Source: Candidatus Limnocylindria bacterium
GTDB taxonomy: Bacteria; Chloroflexota; Limnocylindria; P2-11E
DNA: 40,021 nucleotides
Direction of reading: 5' to 3'
Assembly (NCBI GenBank): GCA_036394215.1
Contig: DASWFN010000072.1
Span: forward strand, 1-40,021
Shown here: positions 16,452 through 25,655 of the stretch, in pieces
How positions within the stretch are numbered: the stretch's first letter is position 1
Layout: each line of letters opens with the position of its first letter
The notes under the pieces: generated by a model
The model's input: the letters and a program-made list of their open reading frames with translations, nothing else
Told to the model about the DNA's origin: nothing
Databases searched by the model: none
Translations under genes and position numbers: made by a program

Positions 16452-17399
16452 ATGGCGACCTACATCCTCCGGCGGTTGCTTCTCGCGATCCCCGTCCTGT
16501 GGGCGGCGTCGCTCTTGGTATTCATCGCGATCCGCCTCGTGCCCGGCGAGGTGCTGGTCGGGAACGTCGAGCTGGGTCCGATCGATGAAGCGGTGCGCCA
16601 GCAGATCATGAAGGACCTCGGCCTCGATGTGCCGGCGCCCCTCCAGTACGTGCGGTGGCTCGGCGGGATCGTGCAGGGTGACTTCGGCAGAAGCCTCGTG
16701 TCGCATCAGCCCGTGCTCCCCGAGATCCTGCGACGCATCCCGATCAGCGCCGAGATCGCGGTGCTGGCCGTGTTCTTCGCCACGCTGATCGCCCTTCCGC
16801 TCGGGATCCTGTCGGCGGTGAAGCAGGACTCCGCGCTCGACTACGTCGCCCGGCTGCTCAGCATCTTTTGGATCTCGGTCCCGAGCTTCGTCATCGGTAC
16901 GGTGATCATCCTCGTGCCAGCCATCCTCTGGCGGTACGCCGCCGCGCCGGGCTACGAGACGTTCTTCGACGATCCCGTGCACAACCTGCAGCGCGTCTTA
17001 CCGGCCGCGCTCGCGCTCGGCGCGGCGCTCTCGGGTGTGCTCACCCGCATGACGAGATCCACGATGCTCAACGTGCTGCACGACGACTACGTCCGGACCG
17101 CGCGCGCGAAGGGTGTGGCGGAGTCTCGCGTCCTCGTGCGTCACGCGCTGAAGAACGCGTTGATCCCGGTGGTGACGATCGCGGGCGCCCAGCTCGGCGC
17201 GCTCCTCGGCGGTACGGTCATCGTGGAAGCGCTGTTCGGTATCCCAGGGTTGGGCACGATGGCGAACGCGGCGCTGAGCGCGAAGGACTATCCGGTGATC
17301 CAGGGCGTGACACTGTTCTTCGCGACGGTGTACGTCGCCGCGAATCTCGGTGTCGACCTGCTCTACGGCTGGCTCGATCCTCGGATCCGATTCAGCTAG
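16452..17399 (+). CDS. ABC transporter permease, Opp/Dpp family (DppB-like)
   Basis: N-terminus MATYILRRLLLAIPVLW..., with DYVRTARAKGV and RHALKNALIPVVT. I chose the ATG at 16452 by alignment with the paralog at 505..1455. Contains an in-frame TTA codon at 16998..17000. Confidence 0.9.
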   Translation: MATYILRRLLLAIPVLWAASLLVFIAIRLVPGEVLVGNVELGPIDEAVRQQIMKDLGLDVPAPLQYVRWLGGIVQGDFGRSLVSHQPVLPEILRRIPISAEIAVLAVFFATLIALPLGILSAVKQDSALDYVARLLSIFWISVPSFVIGTVIILVPAILWRYAAAPGYETFFDDPVHNLQRVLPAALALGAALSGVLTRMTRSTMLNVLHDDYVRTARAKGVAESRVLVRHALKNALIPVVTIAGAQLGALLGGTVIVEALFGIPGLGTMANAALSAKDYPVIQGVTLFFATVYVAANLGVDLLYGWLDPRIRFS

Positions 17400-18332
17400 G
17401 TGGCGGAGGTGGGGGTGACCGTCCGGCAGCAGACCGGCGAGGCCGTGCTCCTGCGGCGAAGGCCGCGCCAGAGCGCGCTCGGTCACGTGCTGCGTTTCGT
17501 GCGCCGCAAGCCGCTGGGTGCGGTCGCGCTCCTGTTCATCGTCGCCTTCGTGCTCGTCGCCCTCTTCGCCGACGTCATCACCACCGCCGATGCTGCGACG
17601 CGCCCCGACAGCACGATGATCGGATCCGATCCGGGAGCCGTCTCCCGGACCGGGCGGACCTACCTGCTCGGCGGAGACGAGCTCGGGCGCGACCTCTTCG
17701 CCCGCGTCGTCTACGGCGCCCGCGTGTCGCTCACGGTCAGCATCGTCGCGGTCGGCGTCGGCGGGTTCGTGGGGACGCTGCTCGGCCTGTCGAGCGCGTA
17801 TCTGCTCGGCTGGTGGGATCTCGTGGGTCAGCGCGTCATGGACGCGCAGCAGGCGATCCCCGGGCTCCTGATGGCCATGCTGCTCGTGTCGGTGCTGCAG
17901 CCGAGCCTCGCCGTCGTCACGATCGCGCTGGGCCTCAACCTGATCCCCGGTGTGAACCGCGTGGCGCGCGGCGCCACCCTGGCGGTCTCCCGCGGCGAAT
18001 TCGTCGAGGCCGCGCGCTCGATCGGGTGCCGCCCGTGGCGGGTGATGCTGCGACACCTGCTGCCGAACATCGCGGCGCCGATCATCGTCATCGCGACCAC
18101 CGGACTGGGCGCCGTGATCATCGGCGAAGCGTCACTGAGCTTCCTCGGTTTCGGGATCCCGGCGCCCACGCCGACGTGGGGCGGGATGATCAGCGGTGGT
18201 GGTCGCACGCTCATGTTCTCGCATCCGCTCGTGCTCGTGGCTCCCGCGACCGCGCTCGCGCTCACCGTCCTGTCATTCAACCTGTTCGGCGACGCGCTGC
18301 GCGATGTGCTCGACCCGCGGCTTCGCCTCTAG
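17400..18332 (+). CDS. ABC transporter permease, Opp/Dpp family (DppC-like)
   Basis: 310 aa with EFVEAARSIGC, LLPNI and SFLGFGIPAPTPTWG. Paralog of 1455..2366. The exact start among the GTG codons is uncertain. Confidence 0.9.
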   Translation: MAEVGVTVRQQTGEAVLLRRRPRQSALGHVLRFVRRKPLGAVALLFIVAFVLVALFADVITTADAATRPDSTMIGSDPGAVSRTGRTYLLGGDELGRDLFARVVYGARVSLTVSIVAVGVGGFVGTLLGLSSAYLLGWWDLVGQRVMDAQQAIPGLLMAMLLVSVLQPSLAVVTIALGLNLIPGVNRVARGATLAVSRGEFVEAARSIGCRPWRVMLRHLLPNIAAPIIVIATTGLGAVIIGEASLSFLGFGIPAPTPTWGGMISGGGRTLMFSHPLVLVAPATALALTVLSFNLFGDALRDVLDPRLRL

Positions 18333-19534
18333 GCCGTTCCGGGATCGGGCGCGGCTGCCGGAGCCGGAGCGCTCGCGCGGAGCAGGACGAGCAGGAGGAC
18401 GAGTCCCAGCGCCGGCCCGACCGCGGTCGCGGTGAATGCGCCGCCGAACGACGTGGAAGCGACCAGGAAGCCCGCGCCAGATGTTCCCGTGAGGATGCCG
18501 ACGTCCGCGGCGGCTGAGAACGTCGCGACCGCGGCTCCGCGCCGGTCCGCGGGGGAGAGATCGATGGCCAGCGCCTGGAGCGCGGGCTGGGCGATCGAGA
18601 AGCCGAAGCCGGCGGCAAGGCCGGCAGCGAGGATCCACTCCGTCGACGATGCCTGGGTCAGGATCAGCGGCGCGCAGGACGCCAGCAGCATGCCCGGCAC
18701 GATGGCGCGGACCCGGCCCCGGTCGGCGACGCGTCCCCCGAGCCTCGCGACGATCGACGCGGCGGCCTGAGCCAGGAAGAACAGCCCCGGGTTCGGGAGT
18801 CCGCGCGCCGCGCCGAGCAGCGGGACGAGCGTCAGCGCCGAGCCGGTCGCGATCGTGAGGCTCAGCAGACCGATGGTCGGCGGCAGCACGCTCGCCTCGA
18901 AGCCGATCCGCTGCCGCTGCTGCGCGGGCGGCCGCACCTCTCGCAGGAGCACGACGAGCGCGCTCGCGATCACGCAGGCGACCGCGGCGGCGACATACAT
19001 CGCCGTGAAGCCGTAGGTCGTGACGATCGTGTAGCCGAATCCGGCGCCGATGCCCTGCCCGATCGTCATACCGACGCCGAAGTAGCCGACCGCCTCCGCG
19101 CGACGGAGGATCGGGACCGTGTTCGCGAGGTAGGTGTTCGCGGCTGTTGTGAAAGTGCTGATCCCGAGACCCCAGACGATCGCGCCCAGTGGCAGCAGGA
19201 TCGGAAGGTCACTGACGAAGGGTGTGGTCGGCTGCCCGCGCCCCGCGATCGCGAAGAGGACCGTGGCGCTGCCCACCAGGGCGGGCCCCGCGATGGCGAA
19301 TCGCCGTGCGCCGTAGCGGTCGATGCCTGAGCCCACCGGGATGCGGACGAGCAGGGCGGCAACGGCGCTGGTCGCGATCGTGATGCCGATGAGGTGCGGG
19401 GGAAGGCCGAGGCGGCGAACGACGAGCAGTGCCATCGTCGACGCGACAAGGGATGCCGTGAACGTGTGCGCGACGCTCGCGCCGGTGATGAGCACGAAGC
19501 CGCGGGTGAACACGCCCGCGTTCACGCGATCCAA
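18329..19534 (-). CDS. MFS transporter
   Basis: About 400 aa and hydrophobic with about 12 TM segments, including GSGIDRYGARRF and RVADRGRVRA loop motifs. The start is assigned to the TTG at 19534 (alternative GTG at 19525). The ORF-track extension to 20029 is antisense to the neighbouring MFS gene. Confidence 0.75.
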   Translation of the reverse strand: MDRVNAGVFTRGFVLITGASVAHTFTASLVASTMALLVVRRLGLPPHLIGITIATSAVAALLVRIPVGSGIDRYGARRFAIAGPALVGSATVLFAIAGRGQPTTPFVSDLPILLPLGAIVWGLGISTFTTAANTYLANTVPILRRAEAVGYFGVGMTIGQGIGAGFGYTIVTTYGFTAMYVAAAVACVIASALVVLLREVRPPAQQRQRIGFEASVLPPTIGLLSLTIATGSALTLVPLLGAARGLPNPGLFFLAQAAASIVARLGGRVADRGRVRAIVPGMLLASCAPLILTQASSTEWILAAGLAAGFGFSIAQPALQALAIDLSPADRRGAAVATFSAAADVGILTGTSGAGFLVASTSFGGAFTATAVGPALGLVLLLVLLRASAPAPAAAPDPGTA

Positions 19535-19540
19535 GAACTC

Positions 19541-19591
19541 CTTGTAGCGGTCCTTGCACGGCAGGTCAATACTTCTAGTAATGTCGAACGA
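19541..19591 (-). promoter_or_regulatory. Promoter module: box TCGTTCGACATTACTAGAAGTA abutting TTGACC, then 17 nt, then TACAAG
   Basis: On the minus strand the -35 is at 19569..19564, the spacer is 17 nt and the -10 TACAAG is at 19546..19541, 6 nt before the TTG at 19534. Same layout as the two SBP promoter modules. Confidence 0.4.
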
Positions 19592-20909
19592 TCGGCGCGA
19601 CGTACCGGCTGCGGCCTTGGACGTCACCGCCGACGCCGCGCTCGCCGGTATCGAGCTCGCACTCGGAGCACCCGTGGATCGGGGTACGCGCTCGACCCTC
19701 GCGGCGCTCCGATCCCGGAATTTCCGGCTGCTGTGGTCCGGCATGATCGTCAACTCACTGGGTCGCTGGATGCAGACCTTCGGCCTCGGCGTCCTCGTCG
19801 TGCAGCTCGCCTTCCGGGACGGCGTGCCGAACCTCGCGCCGCTGTACCTCGGACTGATCGGCCTCTCGCAGGCGGTACCGGGATTCTCCCTCGGCGTGTT
19901 CGGTGGCGCGGTCGCCGATCGCACGGATCGCCGGCGTCTCCTGCTCGTGACGCAGCTCTCGAGCAGCGCCATCGCGGCCTCGCTCGCCGCGCTCACGATC
20001 TTCGGCCGGATCGATCTCCTCGAGATCATGGCGCTGGCCTCGATCGCTTCGATCGTGACCGCCTTCGAGGCGCCGACGCGCCAGTCGTTGGCGCCCGGCC
20101 TCGTGCCGCCCGCGGCGGTGACCAGCGCCGTCGGCCTCAGCTCGGCCGCACTGAACAGCGCGCAGATGATCGGGCCGCTGCTGGGCGGTCTGCTCTACGT
20201 GCCGTTCGGGCTCGGTGGTCTGTTCGTGATCAACGCGCTCGGCTATCTCGCCGGCCTGGCCTTGATCTGGAGCATGGATCCGCACGCGATCCGCGCTCGC
20301 CCGGCCGGATCCGTCCTCTTCTCGATCCGTGAGGGGTTCGCCTACATCTGGGGCGACCGGCTCACGCGCTCCGTCGTGGTGCTGTCGTTCTTCGCGGCGC
20401 TCCTCGCGCGACCGTATCCGCAGCTCCTGCCGGCGGTGACCGCCGAGGTGCTACGGGTCGGCCCCATCGAGCTCTCGTGGCTGTTGGCGGCCTCGGGAGC
20501 CGGATCGCTGGGTGGAGCCCTCGCGGTCGCGTCGCTCGGCGGGATCCGTCATCGGGGCGTCGTCCTCGTCGGAGCCGTCGCCGCGCTCGGCATCCTCGTC
20601 GCGACATTCGCCCTGCAGCGGACCCTCATCGGCGCACTCATCGTCATGGCCTGCGTCGGCTTCGCCGCGCTGCTGCAGTGGGGGATGGCCAACACGATCC
20701 TGCAGACGCGGACCCCCGATCGTCTCCGCGGACGGGTGACGAGCGTCCACGTCACATCGATGCTGGGGCTGGTCCCGCTCGGCGCGATGATCCTCGGCAC
20801 CGCGGGAACGCTGTTCGGTCTGAGCGCGAGCCTCTTCGGCGGCGGCGCGCTTCTCGCGATCGTCGCGATCGTCGCGAGCCGTTCGGCGACGCTGCGGCGC
20901 GCCGGTTGA
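19581..20909 (+). CDS. MFS transporter (EntS/MFS_3-like), paralog of 5179..6501
   Basis: LRSRNFRLLWSG and VADRTDRRRLLL match the paralog. The start is ambiguous. The ATG at 19581 lies inside a TTGCAC-N16-TAGTAA promoter-like element, so the GTG at 19674 (GGAG 6 nt upstream) may be the real start. Confidence 0.8.
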   Translation: MSNDRRDVPAAALDVTADAALAGIELALGAPVDRGTRSTLAALRSRNFRLLWSGMIVNSLGRWMQTFGLGVLVVQLAFRDGVPNLAPLYLGLIGLSQAVPGFSLGVFGGAVADRTDRRRLLLVTQLSSSAIAASLAALTIFGRIDLLEIMALASIASIVTAFEAPTRQSLAPGLVPPAAVTSAVGLSSAALNSAQMIGPLLGGLLYVPFGLGGLFVINALGYLAGLALIWSMDPHAIRARPAGSVLFSIREGFAYIWGDRLTRSVVVLSFFAALLARPYPQLLPAVTAEVLRVGPIELSWLLAASGAGSLGGALAVASLGGIRHRGVVLVGAVAALGILVATFALQRTLIGALIVMACVGFAALLQWGMANTILQTRTPDRLRGRVTSVHVTSMLGLVPLGAMILGTAGTLFGLSASLFGGGALLAIVAIVASRSATLRRAG

Positions 20910-20927
20910 CGATGGCGGTGGTAAGAA

Positions 20928-20978
20928 TAGTTCGACTTTCATAGGACAATTGACCGACGCCAGGCGCGCTGCTAGAAC
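20928..20978 (+). promoter_or_regulatory. Promoter module: box TAGTTCGACTTTCATAGGACAA abutting TTGACC, then 17 nt, then TAGAAC
   Basis: The -35 TTGACC is at 20950..20955, the spacer is 17 nt and the -10 TAGAAC is at 20973..20978. A leader carrying a GGGAGAGGG RBS follows, ahead of the ATG at 21009. Confidence 0.45.
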
Positions 20979-21008
20979 CGCCGCAGCGGAGCGTGGGAGA
21001 GGGTGAAC

Positions 21009-22670
21009 ATGGAAGGTCGGAACGGACTGAGCCGCCGCACGCTGCTGAAGGCCGCGGGCGGTCTCGGTGCCATTGCGCTCCTCGAGGCGTGCGCGCCCGG
21101 CTCGACGAGCACACCGAACGCCTCCGCCGCGGGGGCCGAGGGATACATCCTCCCCGGCGTCGGAACGCCGAAGCGGGGCGGAACGCTCAATCTCGCCATC
21201 GCGGGAGCCACGAGCGAGCCCGTCAGCTGGGACCCGGTGATCGGCGCGCTCCTTCCGTCACAGGGCGGCTACATGTCCCCGTACGAGTTCCTGCTCTTCG
21301 ACCGCGCGAAGAGCTTTGGTGACATCGAAAAGGTCCCCGGCCTCGCGGAGTCATGGGAGACATCGGCCGACGGCATCACCTGGACGTTCCATATCAAGAA
21401 GGGCATCCGCTGGCAGAACCTGCCGCCGGTCAACGGCCGCGAGCTCGTCGCCGAGGATGTTGCCTGGACCTTCCGGCACTACGCGGCGAACGGCTATCTG
21501 AAGAGCAAGTACACGATCGTCGACAAGATCGCGGTGCCCGACAAGTACACGATCGTGTTCACGCTCAAGAACCCCTACGCGCCGTTCCTCTCGGCGACGC
21601 TCATGTTCGACTTCGTGATCCTCCCGCACGAGATCTACGACCAGTACGGCAACTTCAAGGATCACCCCGTCGGCACCGGCGCCTGGATGCTCGAGCGGTG
21701 GGATCGGGGCAGTCTCATGAGCTTCAAGCCGAATCCCGACTACTGGCAGATGGGCGCCGATGGCAAGCCGCTCCCGTACATGTCCAGCTACAAGGTCTTC
21801 GGATACCCGGACCAGGCCGGCCTCGTCGCGGCGATCCGCGCCGGTCAGGTCGACTACCACTCCCCGGGTGTCGGCGGCTTCACCGATCTGACCGCGATCA
21901 AGGAGCTGAAGTCGAGCCGGCCGGACCTCGTCTATTGGGACGGGAACCTCTCCAACATGACCGCCATCGCGTTCAACATGAAGAAGGCGCCCTGGAACAA
22001 CGTAAAGGTCCGCCAGGCGATCGCGCTCGGCATCGACAAGGACGAGGTCATCGCGGCCGGGCAGGCGGGGGATCCGATCCGCTCCGGTCTGATCCCGGTG
22101 CCACTGACCGACTACGCGTGGCCGCTGGACAAGATCAAGCAGCGCTACCCGTTCGACAAACAGGCCGCCCAGCGGCAGCTGAAGGACCTCGGGGTCAGCG
22201 GGATGACGATCGAGCTCACCCAGAACGCTCCCGGGAACAGCGAGTCACAGGTCATCGCCAGCCAGCTCAGCGACCTCGGCTTCAAGGTGAACATCAACAC
22301 CCCGCCGAACGTTCCGACCGGCATCGCGAACATCACGGCAGGCAAGTTCGACCTGTCCTTCTACATCCACAGCACGAGCTTCGAGATCGACGATTACGTG
22401 TCGCGCTACTGGGCGACCACCGGGCCGCTCAACCTGTGGGGGTACAGCAACGCGGAGTTCGACGCGCTGTGCATCAAGGAGCAGCAGGAGCTCGACCCGA
22501 CGAAGCGCCAGAGCTACGTCGAGCAGGCGCACGAGATCCTCTACCGGGAGATGGCCGCGATCCCCATCGGAAGTCGGCCGATCCACAAGGTCTTCAATCC
22601 ACGGCTCAAGAACGTTCGTAGTCCGCACCACCGGAACGAGCGATTCACGTCGATCTGGGTGGACGGCTGA
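21009..22670 (+). CDS. ABC transporter substrate-binding lipoprotein, family 5
   Basis: N-terminus MEGRNGLSRRTLLKAAGGLGAIALLEAC has a Tat motif plus a lipobox. About 80% identical to 8452..10110. Confidence 0.9.
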   Translation: MEGRNGLSRRTLLKAAGGLGAIALLEACAPGSTSTPNASAAGAEGYILPGVGTPKRGGTLNLAIAGATSEPVSWDPVIGALLPSQGGYMSPYEFLLFDRAKSFGDIEKVPGLAESWETSADGITWTFHIKKGIRWQNLPPVNGRELVAEDVAWTFRHYAANGYLKSKYTIVDKIAVPDKYTIVFTLKNPYAPFLSATLMFDFVILPHEIYDQYGNFKDHPVGTGAWMLERWDRGSLMSFKPNPDYWQMGADGKPLPYMSSYKVFGYPDQAGLVAAIRAGQVDYHSPGVGGFTDLTAIKELKSSRPDLVYWDGNLSNMTAIAFNMKKAPWNNVKVRQAIALGIDKDEVIAAGQAGDPIRSGLIPVPLTDYAWPLDKIKQRYPFDKQAAQRQLKDLGVSGMTIELTQNAPGNSESQVIASQLSDLGFKVNINTPPNVPTGIANITAGKFDLSFYIHSTSFEIDDYVSRYWATTGPLNLWGYSNAEFDALCIKEQQELDPTKRQSYVEQAHEILYREMAAIPIGSRPIHKVFNPRLKNVRSPHHRNERFTSIWVDG

Positions 22671-22674
22671 CCGA

Positions 22675-23517
22675 CTAGAAGAGGCTGCCGCTCCCGACGC
22701 GCAGCGCGATCGGGCCCAGGACGATCGCGAAGATCGGGAGCAGGATGAATCCCGCCGTCGGCAGGAGCATCGTCACCGGCGCGCGTAGGGCGGTCTCCTG
22801 CAGCCGCTGCCGGCGTGTCGCGCGCATCTCGATCGCGAGCGCTCGCAGGGCCTGGGCGAGCGGGGTCCCGTAGTCCTCCGCGAGGCGCACCGCGCTCGCC
22901 AGGGCCGACAGATTCTCGGAGTGCGTGCGCTCCACGAGCCGCTCGAGCGCCTCGCGGCGCCGGTAGCCGACCTCGAGCTCGCGCACGGTCGCCGCGAGCT
23001 CTCGGCCGAGCGCGGTATCGACGGTCTCGGCGTAGGCCGCGACCGCGCGCTCGAACGGCAGCCCGGCTTCGAGCGCCAGCACGAACGTGTCGATCGCGGG
23101 CGTGACCTCGCGGTCCAGCGCGCGACGAGCGCGTACGGCATCGGCGCGCAGCTCGGCCTCGACGAGCGCGCGCGCGACGCGCGGCACGGCGATGAGGCCG
23201 ACGAACCACAGCGGATGGACGAACACGAGCGCGAGCACCGCGATACCGAGCGCCGCGCTCAGCGTGCGGATCCGCCTCCGGCCGGTGGGGCCCAGCTCCG
23301 GCGTGAACCCGCCGAGGCTCGCGACGAGCCCTTCGGGCGCGAGCACGCCGGCGGCGTCCGCGAGGCGCGCGACCGAGATGCGCGCGCGAGGGGCGCGCGC
23401 CCGCGCGACACCGAGCGATCGCTCGATGCGATCCTGATCGCGCTCGCCGCTCCGAAGGATCAGCCAGCTGGCGATCGCGGTCACCACGCCAGCGGCGAGC
23501 GCGAGGAGCACCGTCAT
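22675..23517 (-). CDS. tadC: Tad pilus inner-membrane platform protein (T2SS-F domain, TadC-like)
   Basis: 280 aa: N-terminal TM, a central helical T2SSF-like region (LEAGLPFERAV..., LAEDYGTPLAQAL) and C-terminal TM segments. Confidence 0.8.
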   Translation of the reverse strand: MTVLLALAAGVVTAIASWLILRSGERDQDRIERSLGVARARAPRARISVARLADAAGVLAPEGLVASLGGFTPELGPTGRRRIRTLSAALGIAVLALVFVHPLWFVGLIAVPRVARALVEAELRADAVRARRALDREVTPAIDTFVLALEAGLPFERAVAAYAETVDTALGRELAATVRELEVGYRRREALERLVERTHSENLSALASAVRLAEDYGTPLAQALRALAIEMRATRRQRLQETALRAPVTMLLPTAGFILLPIFAIVLGPIALRVGSGSLF

Positions 23518-24399
23518 TCAGACCCGCTCGATCGCGGTCGCGATCCGCCAGATCAGGTAGAAGCCGAGGGCCGCGGAGACGAGGCAGTAGCTGAGCACCA
23601 GCAGCCCCGGGGTCGTGTCGGTCAGCGGCGCGACGAAGCTCGGGAACATCGCGTAGAAGATCGCGAACAGCGCGAAGGGCAGCGCGCCGATCATCTGGGC
23701 GGAGTAGCGCGCCTGCGCCGACAGGGCGCGCGCATCCGCACGCAGCCGCTGCTCCTCGCGCAGGAAGCCGACGCTCTCGCGCAGCAGCTTGGCGAGATCG
23801 CCGCCCGTGGTCCGCTGGATGGCCAGCGCGGCGACGAGGTTGCGCACGTCGCGCGAGCCGACCTCGTCTCCCAGCTGCGTCAGCGCTTCTTCGATCGTCG
23901 TCGCCAGCTGCGCGCGGCCGACGGCGCGCGCGAGCAGCGCGCCGAGCGGGGGAGGGGTCTCGCGCGCGGCCGCCTCGAGCGCCTGGAAGAGCGTCGACCC
24001 GGCGGAGAGCGCGTTCGCCATGACGGTCATCGCCTCGGGCAGCTGCCGCTCCACGCGCGCACCGAGCGTCCAGCGGCGGCGTTGGGTCCACGCGTAGCCC
24101 GCGACGATCCCGAGGATCGTGCCGAGCACGCTGAGGGTGAACGATCGCGCGAAGAGCCCGACGAGGAAGATGAGGATCGCGATGCCGCTGGCGACCTGGA
24201 TCGTGCGGAGCGGAAGCTCGCCGGCGCTGAGCCGGTTCCACACGCTCGCCGGCCGGATCGAGAGCCGCCTGCGCTCGGCGGAGGGTCGGACGACGAGCGC
24301 GCGCCGGATCCAGCGACCGTGCCGGATGACCTCCCACTCCTCGAGGGCGGCGTAGATGGCGACCGCCACGCCGAGGCCCGCGAGGAGCGCCCCGGTCAT
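23518..24399 (-). CDS. tadB: Tad pilus inner-membrane platform protein (T2SS-F domain, TadB-like)
   Basis: 293 aa with NALSAGSTLFQALE, QRTTGGDLAKLL and C-terminal TM segments. It abuts tadC with no gap. Confidence 0.8.
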   Translation of the reverse strand: MTGALLAGLGVAVAIYAALEEWEVIRHGRWIRRALVVRPSAERRRLSIRPASVWNRLSAGELPLRTIQVASGIAILIFLVGLFARSFTLSVLGTILGIVAGYAWTQRRRWTLGARVERQLPEAMTVMANALSAGSTLFQALEAAARETPPPLGALLARAVGRAQLATTIEEALTQLGDEVGSRDVRNLVAALAIQRTTGGDLAKLLRESVGFLREEQRLRADARALSAQARYSAQMIGALPFALFAIFYAMFPSFVAPLTDTTPGLLVLSYCLVSAALGFYLIWRIATAIERV

Positions 24400-25655
24400 C
24401 GCGGGAGCGCCGCCTCGAGCCCGGCTTGCAGGCGGCGGGGCAGCCGGCCGACGAACGTCGGGCGCGCGACCGACCGCAAGCCGCCCTCGCCGTCGCGGGC
24501 GAAGAGACTGCGGACCGGGAGGTCGTCGTTGGCGCCCAGCGCACCGAACTCGGCGATGCTCTCGATCGCACGCCGGCCATCGTCCGTCCGCGCGACGTGC
24601 ACGATGAGATGCAACGCGCTCGCGATCTGCCCGCGGATCGCGCGGAGCGGATAGCTGACCCCGGACTGCAGGACCATCGTCTCGAGGCGACTGACCACGT
24701 CCGCGGGATCGTTGGCGTGCACCGTCGTGAGCGAGCCGTCGTGGCCGGTGTTCATCGCCTGGAGCATGTCGAGCGCCTCTTCGCGGCGGACCTCACCGAC
24801 GATCAGCCGGTCGGGACGCATTCGCAGCGCGTGCACGACGAGGTCGCGGATCGTGTACGCGCCCTTCCCCTCGACGTTGGCGGGCCGCGCCTGCAGCGCG
24901 ACCACGTGGGTCCGCCGCAGCTGGAGCTCCGCGGTGTCCTCGATCGTCACGATGCGCTCGTTGTCCGGTATGAATTCGGACAGCGCGTTGAGCAGCGTCG
25001 TCTTGCCCGAGCCGGTGCCGCCGCTGACGATGATGTTCGCGCGCGCCGCGACCGCGGCCCGCAGGAAGCTCGCCGCCTCCTCGCTCACCGCGCCGATCCG
25101 CACGAGATCGGCGAGCCCGAGCAGCTTCGGGAACTTGCGGATCGTGATCGTCGGTCCCTTCAGCGCGAGCGGCGGGATGATCACGTGCACGCGGAAGCCG
25201 GCCTCCGGGATCCGCGCGTCCACCGCCGGACTGGATTCGTCGACGCGCCGGCCGAGCCGGCGCAGGAGCCGCTCGATGACCGCCATCACGTGCGCCTCGT
25301 CGTCGAAGGCCGCGTCCGACCGCTCGATCCGGCCCTCGCGCTCGACGAACACCTCGCGCGGCGCGTTGACCATGACCTCCTGGATCGACGGATCGTCGAG
25401 CAGCGGTTGGATCGGCCCGTACCCGAGGACGTCGTTGATGACGTACTGCTGGAGGTCGGCGAGCTCCTGCGCGGGAAGGATCGCGCCGCGCTCGCGAGCG
25501 GCGGACTCGGTGAGCGTGGCGAGCTCGCGGCGGATCGCGGCTTCGCTCGTCGCGCGCCGCGCGAGCACCGTCTCGGGATCGATGACGGCCTGGACGGCCC
25601 GCCGGACCTCCCGGCGGAGCGTGCTGTCGGACGCGAGCGGCCGCGGCGCGAGCAT
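24396..25655 (-). CDS. cpaF: Tad/Flp pilus assembly ATPase (CpaF/TadA, VirB11-like secretion ATPase)
   Basis: 419 aa from MLAPRPL.... It has a Walker A (SGGTGSGKTTLLNAL), an Asp box (IVTIEDTAEL), LRMRPDRLIVGEVR and NTGHDGSLTTVHAN. The ORF-track start at 26252 overlaps cpaE. Confidence 0.9.
   Translation of the reverse strand: MLAPRPLASDSTLRREVRRAVQAVIDPETVLARRATSEAAIRRELATLTESAARERGAILPAQELADLQQYVINDVLGYGPIQPLLDDPSIQEVMVNAPREVFVEREGRIERSDAAFDDEAHVMAVIERLLRRLGRRVDESSPAVDARIPEAGFRVHVIIPPLALKGPTITIRKFPKLLGLADLVRIGAVSEEAASFLRAAVAARANIIVSGGTGSGKTTLLNALSEFIPDNERIVTIEDTAELQLRRTHVVALQARPANVEGKGAYTIRDLVVHALRMRPDRLIVGEVRREEALDMLQAMNTGHDGSLTTVHANDPADVVSRLETMVLQSGVSYPLRAIRGQIASALHLIVHVARTDDGRRAIESIAEFGALGANDDLPVRSLFARDGEGGLRSVARPTFVGRLPRRLQAGLEAALPR

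Larger units (their letters stand above)
20928..22670 (+). repeat. Arm 2 of the diverged inverted duplication (SBP gene plus leader and promoter)
   Basis: See 8452..10190. The two arms face outward-in and bracket about 10.7 kb. Confidence 0.8.

Noticed and set aside
18329-18332. Overlapping convergent stop codons forming CTAG (also at 29348..29351, and CTAA at 37222..37225).
   Set aside because: These are real but trivial. They are a by-product of tight convergent packing and TAG/TAA stop usage, and nothing indicates a regulatory element.
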